Shown here: positions 36,338-39,076 of the stretch, one piece after another
How the letters are laid out: each line of letters opens with the position of its first letter
How positions within the stretch are numbered: position 1 is the stretch's first letter
Origin: a virus
Lineage: Duplodnaviria; Caudoviricetes
Strand: one strand, 5' to 3'
Virus record (IMG/VR): IMGVR_UViG_3300032327_000258
Location: 1 to 39,076 of that record
Length of the DNA: 39,076 bases
Made by a program: the position numbers and the translations under genes
The notes under the pieces: model-generated
The model's database searches: none
The model's input: the letters and a program-made list of their open reading frames with translations, nothing else
What the model was told of the DNA's origin: nothing

Positions 36338-37257
36338 GCACCGAAGATCTCAAAGAGGAGATTGCGATCGTTGAGTCTGCTGATGGGTCGGTAACGGCGG
36401 AGTTGCCTGAAGGGGTCGAAAACCCCCAACAGGAAGCCTCAGGAGGCGACGACGACGCAGATCATCCCGATGATACGGACGCGCAGCGGGACGCTCGTAG
36501 GAACCGTCGCAGGGCCAAGAAGGACCACATCCGCAAGTCCAACGAAGAGAAGGACACGCGCCTGACGCTGCTGCATAAGCAGAATCAAGAGTTGATGGAG
36601 CGTCTTGCTGGTTTAGAGCGTAAGTCCTATTCGGCTGATCTTGCAAGATTGGACAAGGCCATTGAGGACGAGGAACTCCGTCTGAACTATGCCACGGCCA
36701 AAATGCGTGAGGCTACGGATACGGCCAACGGCACTGCGTTCACGCAGGCGCAGCAGATGTGGTACGACTCCAAGCGCAAGATTGAGGCAATGAATGGCTT
36801 CAAACATCGAGCGGCAGAGGCTGGTGAGCAGCAAAGCCAAGGAACGGTTAATCCTGATGCGGTTCGGTTAGCGCATCGTTGGATTGACAAGAATCCGTGG
36901 TTTGATCAAAACGGTGATGACGAGGATTCACAAATTGTTCGCGTCATTGACCAAAAGATGATTAAAGAGGGATGGAATCCTTCAGATGCAGACTTTTGGG
37001 AAGAATTAGATAGCCGCTTGCAAAAGAGGCTTCCAGAGAAGTACAATCAGAGAAGTGAATCAAATAGGAGCAGACCTAGAAGCGTGGTGACGGGAACGGG
37101 AAGGGAGACGGGTAGGGCCTCTGGGGGCAACACCTTTGTTCTTGAACCGGAGCAAGTGCGAGCGATGAAGGATGCGGGGCTTTGGGATGATCCAGAGAAA
37201 CGTGCCCGAATGATCAAACGCTATGCCGCAGAAGCCAAACTTAATAGGAATGCTTGA
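36334..37257 (+). CDS. Capsid scaffolding protein
   Basis: 307 aa acidic coiled coil, 'W..KNPWF'; position between portal and capsid. Confidence 0.7.
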   Translation: MSTEDLKEEIAIVESADGSVTAELPEGVENPQQEASGGDDDADHPDDTDAQRDARRNRRRAKKDHIRKSNEEKDTRLTLLHKQNQELMERLAGLERKSYSADLARLDKAIEDEELRLNYATAKMREATDTANGTAFTQAQQMWYDSKRKIEAMNGFKHRAAEAGEQQSQGTVNPDAVRLAHRWIDKNPWFDQNGDDEDSQIVRVIDQKMIKEGWNPSDADFWEELDSRLQKRLPEKYNQRSESNRSRPRSVVTGTGRETGRASGGNTFVLEPEQVRAMKDAGLWDDPEKRARMIKRYAAEAKLNRNA

Positions 37258-37258
37258 A

Positions 37259-37801
37259 ATGGATTCACGACTTAAAAAATCTCTTAGTGCCGGTGGACGC
37301 GAAACTCGCGCAAGCGAGGACGCAGAACGCGGACCTGTTGAAGAGAAGTTCATGACCGCGCAGGAACGTCGCAGGATGTGGAGCGAGGAATGGACACAAA
37401 GTGCGCTGCCAAAGGTTCCGGATATTCCGGGATGGCACCTTTGCTGGCTATCGACGACCAACAGCTACGACAGTATTGATAAGCGCATCAGACTTGGGTA
37501 CGTTCCCGTGCAAGCGGATGAGTTACCGGGGTTTGAGAATTGGCGTGTAAAGGCTGGCGAAGACATAGGTTTCATTGCTTGCAACGAGATGCGTCTGTAC
37601 AAGCTCCCAATGGAGTTGTATCAGGACATCATGTTGCAAATGCACCATGAGATGCCTAACGACGAGTCGGACAAGATCCGGCTACAAGTTGAGAACATTC
37701 AAGGTGCGCGTGACAGTTCAGGCAGGAGTCTGGGCAAGGTCGAAGGCGAAGGCTTTGGCGAATTGGACCGAACTGTTAGGACGCCGGTATTTTCCGGTTA
37801 A
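37259..37801 (+). CDS. Head-module protein
   Basis: 'P.IPGWHLCWLSTTN...R..LGY.PV'; start set at MDSRLKK. Confidence 0.7.
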   Translation: MDSRLKKSLSAGGRETRASEDAERGPVEEKFMTAQERRRMWSEEWTQSALPKVPDIPGWHLCWLSTTNSYDSIDKRIRLGYVPVQADELPGFENWRVKAGEDIGFIACNEMRLYKLPMELYQDIMLQMHHEMPNDESDKIRLQVENIQGARDSSGRSLGKVEGEGFGELDRTVRTPVFSG

Positions 37802-37816
37802 CAAAGGAGTATTGCT

Positions 37817-38389
37817 ATGTCAGCAGTTAGTGCTCCGTTCGGCTTGCGCCCCTCGTTCCATCCGTCTGGTCTGGATCGGGCTATTGCGCTCGCTAACGGT
37901 ATTGCTTCGACCTACAACACTGGTATTTTGAAAGGCCAGCCTGTAGCGTTGAACACGTCTGGAAACATCATCATTGCAACGGCTGGTAGTGCCTACCAAG
38001 GTGCTTTTGCTGGGCAAGAGTTTACCGACCTAACCGGTCGCCGCCAAATCAGCAACCAGTGGGTCGCCAACACGGCCTACACAACCGGTTCTCAAGTCAC
38101 CTATTACTACTCTGACCCGAATATCGTTTACGACATTCAGGCCAACGGTAGTTTGGCTCAGACCTCGATTGGTGATCAGGCTAACTTCGCTAGTGCAACT
38201 GCTGGCTCGACGACTACGGGTCTGTCGCAGTGCATGATCTCGACCACATTGGCTGGTTCGGGAGCAGTTGGCGATATGCGGATCATCGGCCTCACCCCTG
38301 CAGTTGACAACGACTGGGGCGATGCTTACACGGTTGTTCAGGTTCAAGTGAGCCGCAGCCAGTACGTTGCAACCATTAACGCATTTTAA
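37817..38389 (+). CDS. Capsid decoration/cement protein
   Basis: 'APFGLRP' N-terminus, 'DPNIVYDIQ', beta-rich; immediately before MCP; RBS aaggag. Confidence 0.65.
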   Translation: MSAVSAPFGLRPSFHPSGLDRAIALANGIASTYNTGILKGQPVALNTSGNIIIATAGSAYQGAFAGQEFTDLTGRRQISNQWVANTAYTTGSQVTYYYSDPNIVYDIQANGSLAQTSIGDQANFASATAGSTTTGLSQCMISTTLAGSGAVGDMRIIGLTPAVDNDWGDAYTVVQVQVSRSQYVATINAF

Positions 38390-38402
38390 GGAGGGGTAAG
38401 TC

Positions 38403-39076
38403 ATGGCAGCCCCAATGCGCAGTACGGACTTCCGGAGCATCGTTGAGCCGATCCTCAATGAGTGTTTTGATGGAGTCTATGATCAGCGTACCGATGAGTG
38501 GTCGCGGGTTTTCCGCGAGCAGACCGGTATTCCCCGTAACTACCACGAAGAGCCCGTCCTGTACGGTTTCGGTGCGGCACCTCAACTGCCTGACGGGACT
38601 CCGGTTTCGTACCAGCAGGGTGGTGTTCTGTTCCTGCAGCGCTATGTGTACAACGTGTATGGCCTAGCCTTCGCGTTGACCAAAGTGCTGGTTGAGGACG
38701 GCGACCACATCCGTATCGGTAACGTTTACGCTCGTCACCTTGCTCAGTCTTTGATTGAGACCAAAGAGACGTTGTCGGCAAACGTGCTCAACCGTGCGTT
38801 CAACAGTTCGTATGTCGGTGGCGACGGCGTCTCGCTGATCAACACCGCTCACCCGATCGTGAACGGTTCGTTCTCTAACCAGTTGGCTACCGCAGCAAAC
38901 CTGTCGCAGACCTCGCTTGAGCAGATGCTCATCCAGATCCGTCAGTCGGTGGACAACAACGGCAAGAAGATTCGTCTGGTTCCACGTCAACTGGTGGTTG
39001 CACCGGGCAACGTGTTCCAAGCGGAAGTTTTGCTGAAGTCGGTTCTGCGTGCAGGCACGGCTAACAACGACATCAA
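38403..39076 (+). CDS. Major capsid protein (HK97 fold, Mu gpT-like), 3' truncated; not in ORF track
   Basis: MAAPMRSTDFRSIVEPILNECF...GFGAAP..PDG...YGLAFALT...GGDGVSL....HP; RBS aaggagg; frame open to window end. Confidence 0.92.
   Translation, partial: MAAPMRSTDFRSIVEPILNECFDGVYDQRTDEWSRVFREQTGIPRNYHEEPVLYGFGAAPQLPDGTPVSYQQGGVLFLQRYVYNVYGLAFALTKVLVEDGDHIRIGNVYARHLAQSLIETKETLSANVLNRAFNSSYVGGDGVSLINTAHPIVNGSFSNQLATAANLSQTSLEQMLIQIRQSVDNNGKKIRLVPRQLVVAPGNVFQAEVLLKSVLRAGTANNDI

Larger units (their letters stand above)
1..39076. mobile_element. Tailed dsDNA bacteriophage genome segment (podovirus-like)
   Basis: Terminase, portal, scaffold, major capsid, tail, holin and replication genes fill the window with frequent ATGA overlaps; no host housekeeping genes; no tape measure or sheath gene seen. 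Confidence 0.97.

Noticed and set aside
1-39076. Stop-codon reassignment
   Set aside because: Long genes are intact and densely packed under the standard code

Overview
The whole window is a dsDNA tailed-phage genome segment (podovirus-like Caudoviricetes; the H-NS type suggests a Betaproteobacterial host, which is an inference). Gene order: partial holin, tail/adaptor genes, large putative ejection proteins (5.4-14.6 kb), a leftward recombination operon (exonuclease, SSB-like), divergent promoters, Cro-like regulator, DUF1376 initiator with internal iterons, Zn-finger and DnaB-like helicase, RusA, many small ORFs, Ref-like nuclease, H-NS, terS and terL. An accessory island follows (phosphoesterase, structured ncRNA, glycosyltransferase, 1517-aa polyvalent protein), then portal, GroES, scaffold, decoration protein and a partial major capsid gene. 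No integrase, CI repressor, DNA polymerase, tRNA or CRISPR was seen. Most notable: (1) a 1517-aa protein made of five unrelated modules, each closed by a conserved AxGGxV(xM) linker, suggesting a shuffleable or processed virion cargo polyprotein; (2) a c4/CI-like three-way-junction RNA with a candidate target in the glycosyltransferase gene; (3) a second, 11-bp-periodic copy of the origin iterons directly upstream of the terminase promoter; (4) nested 'Russian-doll' domain insertions in the tail protein; (5) (GTT)n/(GT)n repeats. All functional calls come from motif recognition by eye; no searches were run.
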